Assembly: GCA_965243395.1 (NCBI GenBank)
Contig: CBDEUS010000001.1
Coordinates: forward strand, 544,001-608,000
Direction: 5' to 3'
DNA length: 64,000 bases
Source of the DNA: Gammaproteobacteria bacterium
GTDB taxonomy: Bacteria > Pseudomonadota > Gammaproteobacteria > UBA4575
The notes beneath the pieces are model-generated. The model did not search any database. It was given only the letters and a program-made list of their open reading frames with translations, and was not told the origin of the DNA. Of the stretch, positions 40,701-50,454 are shown one piece after another (the stretch's first letter is position 1; the number at the start of each line of letters is the position of its first letter). The translations under genes were made by a program, and so were the position numbers.

Positions 40701-42242
40701 AACTTAAATGGATTTGATGCTTGCAAAAAAATTCGCATGCTTAAAGGCGGTAAACATGTACCGATTCTAATTGTTACTGCATTAGATGATGATAGCTCCA
40801 TTGAAGAAGCATTTAATTCTGGTGCGACTGATTTTATTCCGAAGCCAGTACATTTTGCGGTAATGAGACAAAGAGTTTCACGGTTGTTAAAAGCGAGTCG
40901 CGCAGAAGTACACGTTCGCGAGCTGGCCTATAATGATTCGCTAACAGGTCTACCAAATCGAACCATGTTCATTGATCAAATGAACAAACTAATCAGAAAA
41001 GTGCGTCCACAAGCACATATGCTTGCTGTGCTATTTTTAGATTTAGATCGTTTTAAATATGTTAACGACTCATTAGGTCATAACGTTGGTGATAAGTTAT
41101 TAAAACAAGTAGCTGAAAGAATATTAAGTTGTGTACGTTCTGTAGATACTGTTGCGCGTTTAGGTGGCGATGAATTCACTTTAGCATTAGATGGTATAGA
41201 GGATAAAACTGTAGTGGCAAATATTGCAGATAAGATTTGTCGTAGAGTCGGAGAGCCTTATTCTTTCTCAGGAAAAGAAATTTATGTGTCAGCAAGTATT
41301 GGTATCTCGCTACATCCTGATGATGGTGAGGATATTGGTGAATTAATGAAACGCGCAGATACTGCAATGTTTAAAGCTAAGGAGCATGGTGGAAGCTACT
41401 TATTTTATGAACCTGAAATGGAAGCAGTTGTTACAAACAAAGTAGAAATTGAGCAAGATTTACGTCATTGCTTAGATAGAGAAGAACTAGATGTCTTCTA
41501 TCAACCAAAATTAAACTTACAAACGCGCAAAGTGGCGGGACTTGAGGCGCTGGTTCGATGGAATCACCCAGATAAAGGTGAAGTAGGCCCCAATGATTTT
41601 ATTCCATTAGCAGAAGAGACTGGTTTAATTTCAGAACTTGGTTTGTGGGTATTGATCAGTTCTTGTGTGCAAATGCAATCTTGGATTGATAAAGGTCACG
41701 AACCTGTTCCAGTTTCAGTGAATCTTTCAGGGAGACAACTTGAAAATGGCGATATTGCATCACAAGTTGCGCATGTTTTAGCAGAATCAGGATTAAAGCC
41801 AGAGTATTTAGAGCTAGAAATAACCGAGAGTATTATTATGAAAAGACCTGAAGAGGTCATTTCAATACTTCATCAACTTAAAGCCATGGGAGTAAAACTT
41901 TCTATTGATGATTTTGGAACTGGATATTCATCATTAAACTATCTGCGCAAATTCCCCATTGATTTACTGAAGATTGATAAGGCTTTTGTTCGAGATATAG
42001 AATCCAATAAAGAAGATCGATTAATCGTTAAAGGAATCATTGCTCTGGCAAAGAGTTTGAATCTCGAAGTATTGGCGGAAGGGGTTGAGACTGCCGAGCA
42101 GCAAAATTTCCTTGAGCAGGAGGGTTGCGACTATATCCAGGGGTTTTATATCGGCAAACCGATGAAAAGCTCAGAATTTGAACAAGAATTTATACTTTCC
42201 AACCGAAGCAATATCAAACTGCTTTCTAACTATCGTAAATAA
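37722..42242 (+). CDS. hybrid sensor kinase / c-di-GMP enzyme: TM-sensor-HAMP-HisKA-HATPase-REC-REC-HPt-REC-GGDEF-EAL
   Basis: [26 protein letters not shown], three REC Asp sites (FIDE, FMDC, LLDA), [36 protein letters not shown]. Confidence 0.93.
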   Translation: MNPFKLFKQFYTSGFKEQLVTAFLIGIFITAALSTFLITFLTSKKVEEKVESEGFQITRDFAERNTLALLYLSEESAKENVEAIKNFQDVKGAAVFDLQRKALIEDGENTFPEEGEQWPADIKLISETYGAWYFVSPVYASGTDPDIAESPFIEEVQERELLGYVRVQMSKDSLHALEATILKINIMISLMLSVILAFVLWKTTDRVIKPLKQLAGFMREAEEGNMGIRSELWGPRDITMMQNAFNTMIKALGDREHNLESARQSALQYAHAKGEFAANVSHELRTPLNGIIGMLDILKGTELSAKQKEYVNVAQDSGDALLSLIDDVLNFSRMESGKVEIQHEQFNLREMLDDIVGILTGHASSKDLDIAYIIDKDVPSHLKGDVSRIRQLLINLGGNAVKFTEHGEIGFRVHRVPVQGEHLVLRFDVTDTGVGISDDAQNKIFDAFQQADASTTKKFGGTGLGLAICKQLVESMRGVIGVESEAGKGSTFWFEIPFKEMPAKVDTFSIRHSTASGLRIFIVDDSEMVRANLKQTFEEWGSFVECAENGNQAIEVLHTASEHQKPFDVAFIDELMGDTNGIELIRSITKDSNISPMKLVLMTNQINPEAFVERFREIDAYVKKPLRQSSVFNCIADLINMPVLQHTDKKDIAPGATDIPDFNSTILIVEDNRANQQVAQAMLERLGCKCSIAGNGIEALKLLELAKYDAIFMDCNMPEMDGYETTNKIRQLTGEVSQIPIIAMTANVLKGDREKCIQAGMNDYTKKPLKIEKLIEKLSRWIEVEPIENILGMESDTDVQLSMINQATLIDTAEHESIDRGAIETLRENVGEGFNDMVQVYIDDMEILLRSLEKSVQEKDPNSLRHYAHSIKGSSSNFGAARLVHIAKQIEAIGKDDSVEGAHELVQAIFPQAAFVISELRKEINLTKEDTLLMQKSTEKILIADDDRSMRVALQNVLATDGYEIESVSDGVEAVKRCEQGMPGLILLDALMPNLNGFDACKKIRMLKGGKHVPILIVTALDDDSSIEEAFNSGATDFIPKPVHFAVMRQRVSRLLKASRAEVHVRELAYNDSLTGLPNRTMFIDQMNKLIRKVRPQAHMLAVLFLDLDRFKYVNDSLGHNVGDKLLKQVAERILSCVRSVDTVARLGGDEFTLALDGIEDKTVVANIADKICRRVGEPYSFSGKEIYVSASIGISLHPDDGEDIGELMKRADTAMFKAKEHGGSYLFYEPEMEAVVTNKVEIEQDLRHCLDREELDVFYQPKLNLQTRKVAGLEALVRWNHPDKGEVGPNDFIPLAEETGLISELGLWVLISSCVQMQSWIDKGHEPVPVSVNLSGRQLENGDIASQVAHVLAESGLKPEYLELEITESIIMKRPEEVISILHQLKAMGVKLSIDDFGTGYSSLNYLRKFPIDLLKIDKAFVRDIESNKEDRLIVKGIIALAKSLNLEVLAEGVETAEQQNFLEQEGCDYIQGFYIGKPMKSSEFEQEFILSNRSNIKLLSNYRK

Positions 42243-42745
42243 TAGTTGGCTGAAATTTGGCCGACTAATATTATTTTTACAGTATTTTTCTAAATTGAGC
42301 TGAAATTTTGCGTTTAGGTAGCAGTTAACCATTAATTTAATAAGGTTAATTGCTTAATTTGTGATACTTCTTGCACATTTAATATACAATTTTCAGCATA
42401 TACTCACAAAAATCCCAAATTCAATTTTTACGTTATTTCGAATTTAAGCCATAATAATTTGCTTACACAAATGCTTGCAAAGTATTGGTTTGCTAGTGTA
42501 GTTTAGCGGTCTTATCTAATACTGCTTATTAGGCGCTCAGCTACTTGGCGGTATAACAATAAATATAAGAAAGCTGACACACTTTAACTAAAATTATTTA
42601 AACTAGGCACTGGTAGTGGGGTTTTGAACCGTGTTCAAAACTAGTTAGTAGTCACGATAACTGCGAGACTAATAACACTAATAGAAAATAACTATAATTT
42701 AATACCAGTAATCAGATGGAGCGAATAGGGGTTTGAATTTTTAGC

Positions 42746-44626
42746 ATGGATACATTTCCTAGTCTTTTTTCACAACAAATCAGGACACGACCAAACGACC
42801 CATCGATTCGTTATAAGCGATATGGATTATGGAAAACGTGGAGTTGGGGAGAAGTTGGTGAAAACGTAGAAAGTTTTGCATGTGGTTTAGCGTCCCACGG
42901 TCTCAAGCCAAATGAAAACGTAGCAATAATTGGTAACAACATTCCTCAACTATATTTCGGAATGCTTGCAGTGCAATGTTTAGGTGCAGTTCCGGTACCT
43001 ATTCACCCAGATTCAAATGCTGAAGAGCTTGTTTATGCGTTAAACAAATGTGGAGCGAAATTGGCTTTAGTGCAAGATCAGCAACAAGTAGATGGATGCT
43101 ATGAGATAAAAGATCAATGCCCCAGTTTTGAACAAATGATTTATTGTGATGGACGTGGGATGCAAGAGTACCAATCCTCACGTTTGCATAAAGTAGAGGA
43201 TGTGCAAGAAGCTGGAAGAAAATTTGCGAGTGAGCATCCAACGTTTTTAGATGATATTCGTGATAAAACTTCACACGATTCTAGTGCTTTTATTCTATTT
43301 ACGGCAGGTACTACTGATAAACCACGTGGTGTCATTCATACACATGAAAGTTTAATTGGTACGGCTACAGCCTTTGCAGATCAAGAAAAAATTCAGCAGG
43401 ATGATGAATCATTAGCCTTTATGCCTCTCTCTTATGCAGCAAATATTTTATTTACTTATTCGCTTTGGTTGTTGAAAGGCCTCACAATCAGTTGTCCTGA
43501 GAACAATGAAACGGTGATGGTAGATTTTCGTGAAATTGGACCAACCATTGCATATGCACCGCCTCATTTTTATAAACAACTTTATTCTGAAATTACTGCA
43601 AGAGCACAACGGTCTAACGCTAAGTCCTTTGATAAGTGGTTTGGGTATGCGCGTAAATCCCGTGAAAAAGTATTAGATGGTGGTCAACAAAGTGGCGGCT
43701 TGAATTCGCTACAAGCAAATTTATTGATGTTTGCACCTCTCAAAAATGTATATGGCTTATCTAAACTCCGCCAAGCTTATACAGGTGGAGATGTTATCAG
43801 TAGTGAGGTGTTTAACTTTTTCCGTGGAATTGGCGTTAATCTAAAAAAATGTTACGGAACCACTGAAAGTGCGGGTTTCATTTGTGTACAAAATACTGCA
43901 CAGGCTGATTCACGGTCTGGTGAAAATAGTATGGGTGTTCCATTGTCAGGTGTAGAAGTAAAAGAGCTTGAAGATGGTGAACTGGCTTTTAAAGGAGTAA
44001 ATACTTTTAAAGAATACATAAATGATCCTGCTGCCACATCAGCTGTCAGAACTGCTGACGGATGGGTTCGCACAGGTGATGTTGGTGAAGTCGATAGTAA
44101 TGGTGTCGTAAAAGTAACAGATAGAACTGATTCTGTCGGCAAATTCACATCCGGCAGTTTATTTGCACCACACCGTATTGAAAGCGAGTTGAAATCATCC
44201 CCTTACATTAAAGAAGCGGTTGCACTAGGTGAAGGTCAAGAATCTATAGCGACATTTATTGTAATAGATGATATTACGGTTGGAAGCTGGGCAGAAGCAA
44301 ACAATATACGCTTTACAGGCTATGCAGATCTAGCAACTAAAGACGAAGTATATAATCTCGTCAAAGAGCATGTTGATAGTGTTAATGCAAAAATAAAAGA
44401 TATATGTGGTGATGCATGCCCACCAATTTCTCGTTTTTTGCTTATGCATCGCGAATTCAATGTTGATTCTGGTGAAGTCACGCGATCGCATAAAATTAGA
44501 CGTGATGTAGTTATGGGTCGTCATCAAACTCTTGTAGATGCGTTGTATTCATCGCAACAAAAAGTTGAATTAAGAGATGATGCAAGTGGAGAAACCATTG
44601 CAGAATTAAAACTAGAATCTGCGTAA
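42746..44626 (+). CDS. AMP-binding long-chain acyl-CoA synthetase-like protein
   Basis: FTAGTTDKPRG (degenerate A3 loop), YGTTE, RTGD.G, IE..LKSSPYIKEA, C-terminal TR..KIRR. Confidence 0.82.
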   Translation: MDTFPSLFSQQIRTRPNDPSIRYKRYGLWKTWSWGEVGENVESFACGLASHGLKPNENVAIIGNNIPQLYFGMLAVQCLGAVPVPIHPDSNAEELVYALNKCGAKLALVQDQQQVDGCYEIKDQCPSFEQMIYCDGRGMQEYQSSRLHKVEDVQEAGRKFASEHPTFLDDIRDKTSHDSSAFILFTAGTTDKPRGVIHTHESLIGTATAFADQEKIQQDDESLAFMPLSYAANILFTYSLWLLKGLTISCPENNETVMVDFREIGPTIAYAPPHFYKQLYSEITARAQRSNAKSFDKWFGYARKSREKVLDGGQQSGGLNSLQANLLMFAPLKNVYGLSKLRQAYTGGDVISSEVFNFFRGIGVNLKKCYGTTESAGFICVQNTAQADSRSGENSMGVPLSGVEVKELEDGELAFKGVNTFKEYINDPAATSAVRTADGWVRTGDVGEVDSNGVVKVTDRTDSVGKFTSGSLFAPHRIESELKSSPYIKEAVALGEGQESIATFIVIDDITVGSWAEANNIRFTGYADLATKDEVYNLVKEHVDSVNAKIKDICGDACPPISRFLLMHREFNVDSGEVTRSHKIRRDVVMGRHQTLVDALYSSQQKVELRDDASGETIAELKLESA

Positions 44627-44677
44627 ATTTGAATTAAAGAATTATAGAAACTGAAAAGAAGCAAGTGAGAACAATAA

Positions 44678-45466
44678 GTGAGTAATGGAGCGAACGGCAA
44701 AGAGCCACATATGATAATCGAGAACATCGATTTGGCTTTTGGTGGCACAAAGGCGATTACAGATATTAGTTTTACTGTATACAAAGGAGAAATTTGTGCA
44801 GTGATCGGTCCAAATGGAGCAGGGAAAAGCTCAATGTTGAATGTTATTAATGGTGTTTACATTCCCCAGCAAGGCTCAATCACATTTGAGGGTAAAAAGT
44901 TTAGAAAAATGAAGCCTCACTCAGCTGCGGTAATGGGGATTGGACGAACTTTCCAAAACATTGCTCTGTTTTCAGGCATGAGTGTGGTTGAAAACATCAT
45001 GACTGGCCGGAACTTGATGATGAGATCTACCTGGGTTGAAAATGCATTGGGTATTGGCAGATGTAAGCGAGAAGAGCTCGAACATAGAGAAGCATGTGAA
45101 GAAATTATTGAATTTTTAGGTTTGCAGTCCATACGTAAAACTCAAGTGTCTGCATTGTCCTATGGTTTGCAAAAACGAGTTGAACTTGGTCGTGCTTTAG
45201 CTGCAGAGCCCAAAATGTTATTACTTGATGAACCTATTGCCGGTATGAATATAGATGAAAAATTAGATATGGCATGTTTCATACAAGAAGTTAACTATAA
45301 TCGTGGTACAACAATTGTTTTAATTGAGCATGATATGGGTGTGGTGATGGATATTTCTGATCACGTTGTCGTAATGGACTATGGCGCAAAAATTGGTGAT
45401 GGCACACCTGAAGAAGTGAAGAATGATCAAAAAGTGATTGATGCTTACTTAGGCGTAAGTCACTAA
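44678..45466 (+). CDS. HAAT/Liv-type ABC transporter ATP-binding protein (LivG-like)
   Basis: GPNGAGKS, RTFQN, LSYG.QKRVE, LLLDEP, EHDM. Confidence 0.92.
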   Translation: MSNGANGKEPHMIIENIDLAFGGTKAITDISFTVYKGEICAVIGPNGAGKSSMLNVINGVYIPQQGSITFEGKKFRKMKPHSAAVMGIGRTFQNIALFSGMSVVENIMTGRNLMMRSTWVENALGIGRCKREELEHREACEEIIEFLGLQSIRKTQVSALSYGLQKRVELGRALAAEPKMLLLDEPIAGMNIDEKLDMACFIQEVNYNRGTTIVLIEHDMGVVMDISDHVVVMDYGAKIGDGTPEEVKNDQKVIDAYLGVSH

Positions 45467-45490
45467 ATGCGAATGCGGAGGAGTTTTTAA

Positions 45491-46489
45491 GTGGAAGTAT
45501 TGACAAATATTTTATCTCAGCTCGCACTGATCTTTTCTACAGACGCGATAGGAGGCATGTTCACTCCGTTTGGTATGGAGACCCTAATTGCTGGAATGCT
45601 ATCCGGCATAATGTATTCACTGGTTGGAATTGGATTCGTACTCATCTATAAATCTTCTGGCGTATTCAATTTTGCCCAGGGCACTATGCTGTTATTCGCT
45701 GCATTAACCTATGTGAGTTTGACTGAACGCCAAGTTAACCCAGTGATGGCTTTTGCAATTACAACTGTGGTGATGATCATCATGGGTATTATCATTGAGC
45801 GGACTGTGATGAGGCCGTTGGCTAACCAAGATTTGCTTTCATTGTTTATGGCAACGGTGGGCCTAAATTATTTCCTGGAAGGGCTGGCGCAAGGCACATG
45901 GGATTCTGCCGTGCATGGGTTAGATCTTGGTATACCTAGTGACCCTATTTTTGTTGCAGATGTTGCAAAAGAGTCATTTGGTTGGGAAAGTCCATGGTTT
46001 GATATTTTAGTGAGCAAGTTTGACGGTTTTGCTGCTTTGACCGCTTTGGTTATGGTGGGTGGTCTCTATGCATTTTTCCAATATACACGCACTGGTTTGT
46101 CGTTACGTGCGGTATCTGATGATCACATGGCAGCTCAAGCTGTGGGAATTCCTTTATCAAAAATTTGGGCGATCGTGTGGGCGGTTACCGGTGTGATCAC
46201 ATTTATCGTAGGCATGATTTGGGCGGATCGCCTAAGCGTATCATTTACCTTAACCTGGGCTGTACTGAAAGGTTTACCGGTGATTCTTATCGGTGGTTTG
46301 ACCTCTATTCCAGGATGTATTGTTGGTGGGTTAATTATTGGTGCAAGTGAAAAACTAGGGGAAATTTATTTTGCAGAATTGTTTGGCGGACAAGGAATTG
46401 AACACTGGTGGGCGTATTTAACTGCGCTTGTGTTTATTTTAATTCGACCAACAGGAATATTTGGCGAACGCGAAATTGAACGTGTTTAG
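45491..46489 (+). CDS. HAAT ABC permease (LivH-like)
   Basis: G..Y.L...GF.LIYK.SGVFNFAQG, T.TG...RAV, IRP.G.FG. Confidence 0.9.
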   Translation: MEVLTNILSQLALIFSTDAIGGMFTPFGMETLIAGMLSGIMYSLVGIGFVLIYKSSGVFNFAQGTMLLFAALTYVSLTERQVNPVMAFAITTVVMIIMGIIIERTVMRPLANQDLLSLFMATVGLNYFLEGLAQGTWDSAVHGLDLGIPSDPIFVADVAKESFGWESPWFDILVSKFDGFAALTALVMVGGLYAFFQYTRTGLSLRAVSDDHMAAQAVGIPLSKIWAIVWAVTGVITFIVGMIWADRLSVSFTLTWAVLKGLPVILIGGLTSIPGCIVGGLIIGASEKLGEIYFAELFGGQGIEHWWAYLTALVFILIRPTGIFGEREIERV

Positions 46490-46528
46490 TATAAGAATAA
46501 TATAAAGAAAACTAACTAGAGAAAGTTA

Positions 46529-47641
46529 ATGTATTACCGAGAGACAGGACAAAACGTCAGCACCTATGCTGAAGACCGTCGCATGGTACCAGTGCGAGAA
46601 GATCGCTGGATCATGTGGGCGTTTTTAGCATTTATGTTTTTTGTTGTGCCATTTTGGGCCAATGACTATTGGTTTAGTGCAATTTTAATTCCAATGATGG
46701 TGTTGGGAATTGCAACCTTAGGATTAAATATTGCAACCGGTTATACAGGGCAATTGTCATTAGGCAGTGCTGGCTTTATGTGTTTTGGTGCATTTACAGC
46801 ATTCAACTTGTTGTTCCGCGTAGAGTGGATGAACATTTGGTTAGCATTTTTATGTGCAGGTATCGTTGCTGGTTTGGTTGGTATTATTTTTGGTTTACCT
46901 AGTTTGCGAATTAAAGGATTTTACTTACTCGTATCAACATTATGTGCACAGTTCTTTGCTGAATGGTTCTTCAATGCTTATCCATGGTTTTTAAACTATA
47001 CAAGCTCAGGTGTTGTAGCACTGCCGCCATTTCACTACAGATTTTTACCCTTCCAAGATCAGATATTTGATTTTTTTGGACTTGAAAAAGATTACAACGC
47101 TTATGTATGGAGATACTTAATCGCCCTCATTGTGACGGTACTGCTTACTGTTGCTTGTAAAAATATGATTCGCAGTTCCACTGGTCGAAATTGGATGGCG
47201 GTACGAGACATGGATATCGCTGCAAAAGTTATTGGAATTCCAGTCGGTAAAACAAAACTTAATGCATTTTTTGTAAGCTGTTTTTATACCGGAATTGCTG
47301 GTGCGATGTATTCATACTGCTACATCGGCAATCTCGACTTCATGATTTATAACTTAAGAAGATCATTCTTAATTATGTTTATGCTCATCTTGGGTGGCCT
47401 AGGTTCAATCTTAGGCTCATTCCTAGGGGCAATATTCGTATATGGATGGCCTATTGTAGTGACACGATTCGGTGATGCTGTGTTTGGCGGGGGATCTTTA
47501 GATACTGCATTTGTGGAAAATAATTCAAAAATTATTGTTGGAACGATTATTGTTTTATTGCTTATTTATGAGCCAATGGGTTTTGCGGGGCTCTGGAATT
47601 CAATTAAACATCGTTTAAGAATTTGGCCGTTTAAAACATAA
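46529..47641 (+). CDS. HAAT ABC permease (LivM-like)
   Basis: GLN..TGYTGQLSLG, GLPSLRIKGFYL, GR.WMAVRD, EP.G. Confidence 0.9.
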   Translation: MYYRETGQNVSTYAEDRRMVPVREDRWIMWAFLAFMFFVVPFWANDYWFSAILIPMMVLGIATLGLNIATGYTGQLSLGSAGFMCFGAFTAFNLLFRVEWMNIWLAFLCAGIVAGLVGIIFGLPSLRIKGFYLLVSTLCAQFFAEWFFNAYPWFLNYTSSGVVALPPFHYRFLPFQDQIFDFFGLEKDYNAYVWRYLIALIVTVLLTVACKNMIRSSTGRNWMAVRDMDIAAKVIGIPVGKTKLNAFFVSCFYTGIAGAMYSYCYIGNLDFMIYNLRRSFLIMFMLILGGLGSILGSFLGAIFVYGWPIVVTRFGDAVFGGGSLDTAFVENNSKIIVGTIIVLLLIYEPMGFAGLWNSIKHRLRIWPFKT

Positions 47642-47753
47642 TTAATAAAATTTTTTGTATTTGTTTATATAAATAATTTAAACAAGTATGAGAAAGTAAG
47701 TAGCTTGCGCAAGCTATTTTTTAACAAAAAAAACTTCCTTTGGAGGAGTACAC

Positions 47754-49103
47754 ATGAAGAAAAAACTATTAACGTTAGTAGTGGCATTAGGATCGATGCT
47801 AGCGGTGAGTACGGCGGTACAAGCCGAAGAGACCATGTACGTACCGATTCCAAGTTATCGCGTAGGACCATACGCGGCAGGTGGAACGGGTTATTTTGGT
47901 GGCATCCTAGACTACTACAACCTACTTAATGAAAGAGATGGCGGCGTCAATGGCGTGAAGCTGATCTGGTCAGAGTGCGAGACTGAGTATTCAGTGGAGC
48001 GCGGAGTAGAGTGCTACAAGCGATTAAAAGATCGTGAAGGTGGTGCGGTATTCTTTGACCCATTATCAGTAGGTATCTCAACTGCATTGATTGAGACCGG
48101 ACGTAAAGACAAGATGCCCATTATTGCGGTGAACCACGGTAAGACCGCGGGACAGCGTGGCGACATCTTCCCTTACTACTTTATGCCTGGCATCAACACC
48201 TATGACGAGCACTCTATTATGGTGCACTTCATTGGTGACGTATTAGAAGGCGGACGTGACAACCTGAAAGGCAAGAAAATTGCCATGCTTTATCACGGAT
48301 CTCCATACGGTCGTGAAGCGATCGACTTTATGGACAGCATGTGCGAGAAGCACGGTTGTACGCATCACCCTCTAGAAGTACCTCACCCAGGTAACGAACA
48401 ACAATCTCAATGGTTGAACATTCGTAAACTTAAGCCTGACTATGTACTACTCAGAGGCTGGGGTGTAATGAACCCAGTAGCGATGCAGACTGCGGTACGT
48501 ACCGGTTATCCAGTAAGCCGTCTAATCGGCAACATCTGGTCTAACTCAGACGAAGACGTGATTCCAGCAGGTAAAGCGGCAGATGGTTATCAAGCGATTA
48601 CCACCCACCCTGCAGGCACCGACTTCGCAGTCGTACAAGAAATCATCAAGACTGTATATGGCGCTGGAAACGGAGACCTACAAGATAAGTCACGTTTAGG
48701 CTCTGTGTACTGGAACCTTGGCGTATTAGCGGGTGTGGTACACACTGAAGCGCTACGCATTGCCCAAGCACGTTTTGGCAACCGTCCATTGACTTCAGCG
48801 GAAGCACGCTGGGGCTTTGAGAACCTACGTTTAGATGCGGCACGCATTGAAGAGCTAGGCGCAACCGGTCTTGTACCTGAGTTGAACCTTACCTGCTTAG
48901 ACCACGTAGGCGGTCACCTTGCGAAATTCCAGCAATGGGATGCCGGCAAGCGTCAGTGGAACATCGTATCGGATTGGATTGAAGGTGACGTACCGTTATC
49001 TCAAGCCATTATTGATGCGGGTGCCGAGCAGTATGCTGCGGACAACCAGATTGAGGCACGTCCTTGCACTGCTGACAACAATGATGATGATTTTGACTTA
49101 TAG
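47754..49103 (+). CDS. HAAT ABC substrate-binding protein
   Basis: Signal peptide, YR.GPYA, DGGVNGVK, ECETEY, EQ.SQWL; GGAGGAG RBS. Confidence 0.9.
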   Translation: MKKKLLTLVVALGSMLAVSTAVQAEETMYVPIPSYRVGPYAAGGTGYFGGILDYYNLLNERDGGVNGVKLIWSECETEYSVERGVECYKRLKDREGGAVFFDPLSVGISTALIETGRKDKMPIIAVNHGKTAGQRGDIFPYYFMPGINTYDEHSIMVHFIGDVLEGGRDNLKGKKIAMLYHGSPYGREAIDFMDSMCEKHGCTHHPLEVPHPGNEQQSQWLNIRKLKPDYVLLRGWGVMNPVAMQTAVRTGYPVSRLIGNIWSNSDEDVIPAGKAADGYQAITTHPAGTDFAVVQEIIKTVYGAGNGDLQDKSRLGSVYWNLGVLAGVVHTEALRIAQARFGNRPLTSAEARWGFENLRLDAARIEELGATGLVPELNLTCLDHVGGHLAKFQQWDAGKRQWNIVSDWIEGDVPLSQAIIDAGAEQYAADNQIEARPCTADNNDDDFDL

Positions 49104-49143
49104 GATGATCTATAAGATTTAAATATAAGTTATAAATCGCTTA

Positions 49144-49194
49144 TTTCTTCTCAACCGGCTAACATTTTTATTGTTGGCCGGTTGTTTGAAGAAA
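49144..49194 (+). terminator. strong intercistronic hairpin after the binding-protein gene
   Basis: TTCTTC.CAACCGGCTAACA-loop-TGTTGGCCGGTTG..GAAGAA. Confidence 0.6.
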
Positions 49195-49287
49195 AATGTA
49201 GAAAAAATTAGAGTTAATTCTGATTTGTTATAGAGCTAAGATTTACAATAAATCAGAATTATCTTGTAAAAGATTTAGGGAAAAAAT

Positions 49288-50094
49288 ATGAGTGATACAC
49301 CATTACTATCTATCAATAACATTGAAGCAGTTTATGGCGGTGCTATTCTTGCGCTTCGTGGTGTTTCACTAAACGTGAATAAAGGCGAAGTCGTTTCTTT
49401 ACTTGGCGCAAATGGTGCGGGTAAAACAACTACTTTAAAAGCATGTTCACGTTTACTTGAAGCTGAGCGTGGAGAAGTAACCAAAGGCACTATTGAATTA
49501 AATGGAGAAGACATTTCAGAACTTAACGCTTTTGAAATGGTGAAAAATGGTGTTGTACAGGTATTGGAAGGTCGACATATCTTTGCGCATTTAAGTGTTG
49601 AAGAGAATTTAAAAACAGGTTCATTTATTCAAAACATGAGTAAGGCTGAACAACAAAGAGGTCTTGACCATGTTTATGAACTGTTTCCACGCATTAAAGA
49701 GCGCCGTAAAAACCCAGGTGGTTTATGTTCAGGTGGTGAGCAGCAGATGATAGCCGTGGGCCGCGCTTTAATGTCTAAGCCAAGTCTTATTCTTTTAGAC
49801 GAACCTTCAATGGGTCTTGCACCGCAATTCATTGAACAAATCTTTGAGATTGTTAAACGTTTAAATGAAGAAGAAGGCGTAAGTTTCTTGGTTTCCGAAC
49901 AAAATGCGATGGTTGCCCTACGTTATGCATCGATTGGCTACGTAATTGAAAATGGTCGTGTAGTAAAGAAAGGCTTAGCTAAAGAGTTACTCGAATCCTC
50001 GGACGTAGCAGAAATGTACTTAGGCGGCGGTAAGGATGCGGTTTCGTTTGATGGAGTGAAGTACTATCATCGACGACGTCCTTGCATGGTTTAA
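49288..50094 (+). CDS. HAAT ABC ATP-binding protein (LivF-like)
   Basis: GANGAGKTT, EGRHIF, SGGEQQM, LDEPSMGLAP, EQN. Confidence 0.92.
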   Translation: MSDTPLLSINNIEAVYGGAILALRGVSLNVNKGEVVSLLGANGAGKTTTLKACSRLLEAERGEVTKGTIELNGEDISELNAFEMVKNGVVQVLEGRHIFAHLSVEENLKTGSFIQNMSKAEQQRGLDHVYELFPRIKERRKNPGGLCSGGEQQMIAVGRALMSKPSLILLDEPSMGLAPQFIEQIFEIVKRLNEEEGVSFLVSEQNAMVALRYASIGYVIENGRVVKKGLAKELLESSDVAEMYLGGGKDAVSFDGVKYYHRRRPCMV

Positions 50095-50098
50095 TTGC

Positions 50099-50222
50099 AA
50101 GGAATAAATCTAATACGCTGACTCTTCGTTGCAGCCATTTTCTCGGTACTCATTTACAATCTGTAAACTCCGTTCCTCGAAAATAACTGCGCCTCAATTC
50201 AGCGCATTACCTATTATTCTTT
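50099..50222. repeat. ~120-bp palindromic element related to the 9619-9737 element
   Basis: Outer stems GGAATAA/TTATTCT and TAATACGCTGA/TCAGCGCATTA; core TTCTCGGTACTCATTTAC-AATCT-GTAAACTCCGTTCCTCGAAA. Confidence 0.6.
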
Positions 50223-50454
50223 AATAATTTAGATAAGCTGCTTCATTCCAAAACTTTTTCTGTTGCTAATGCACCAGCGCGTAACTGCGCTAATCAAAAG
50301 CTTTGCGCTTTTTTTCTCAGCATGTTTGCTGAATATCTTAAGAAATACGGAAAATGTATTCCGTTCTCACTCAGGCAAATAATAACTATTATATAAGCTA
50401 GCTAAAGCAATAAAATTTCTGTCGGGCAAAAGCGAGTTTTAATTAGATATAAGA

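Noticed and set aside
42610-42630. TGGTAGTGGGGTTTTGAACC as a tRNA-Met 3'-end duplication (att site)
   Set aside because: It needs a gap and mismatches against 3643-3667 and is better explained by the local inverted repeat.
44660-44680. AAnAAnAA Hfq/Crc-type motifs upstream of several accessory genes
   Set aside because: Expected by chance at this A-richness, and there is no evidence for Crc in the window.
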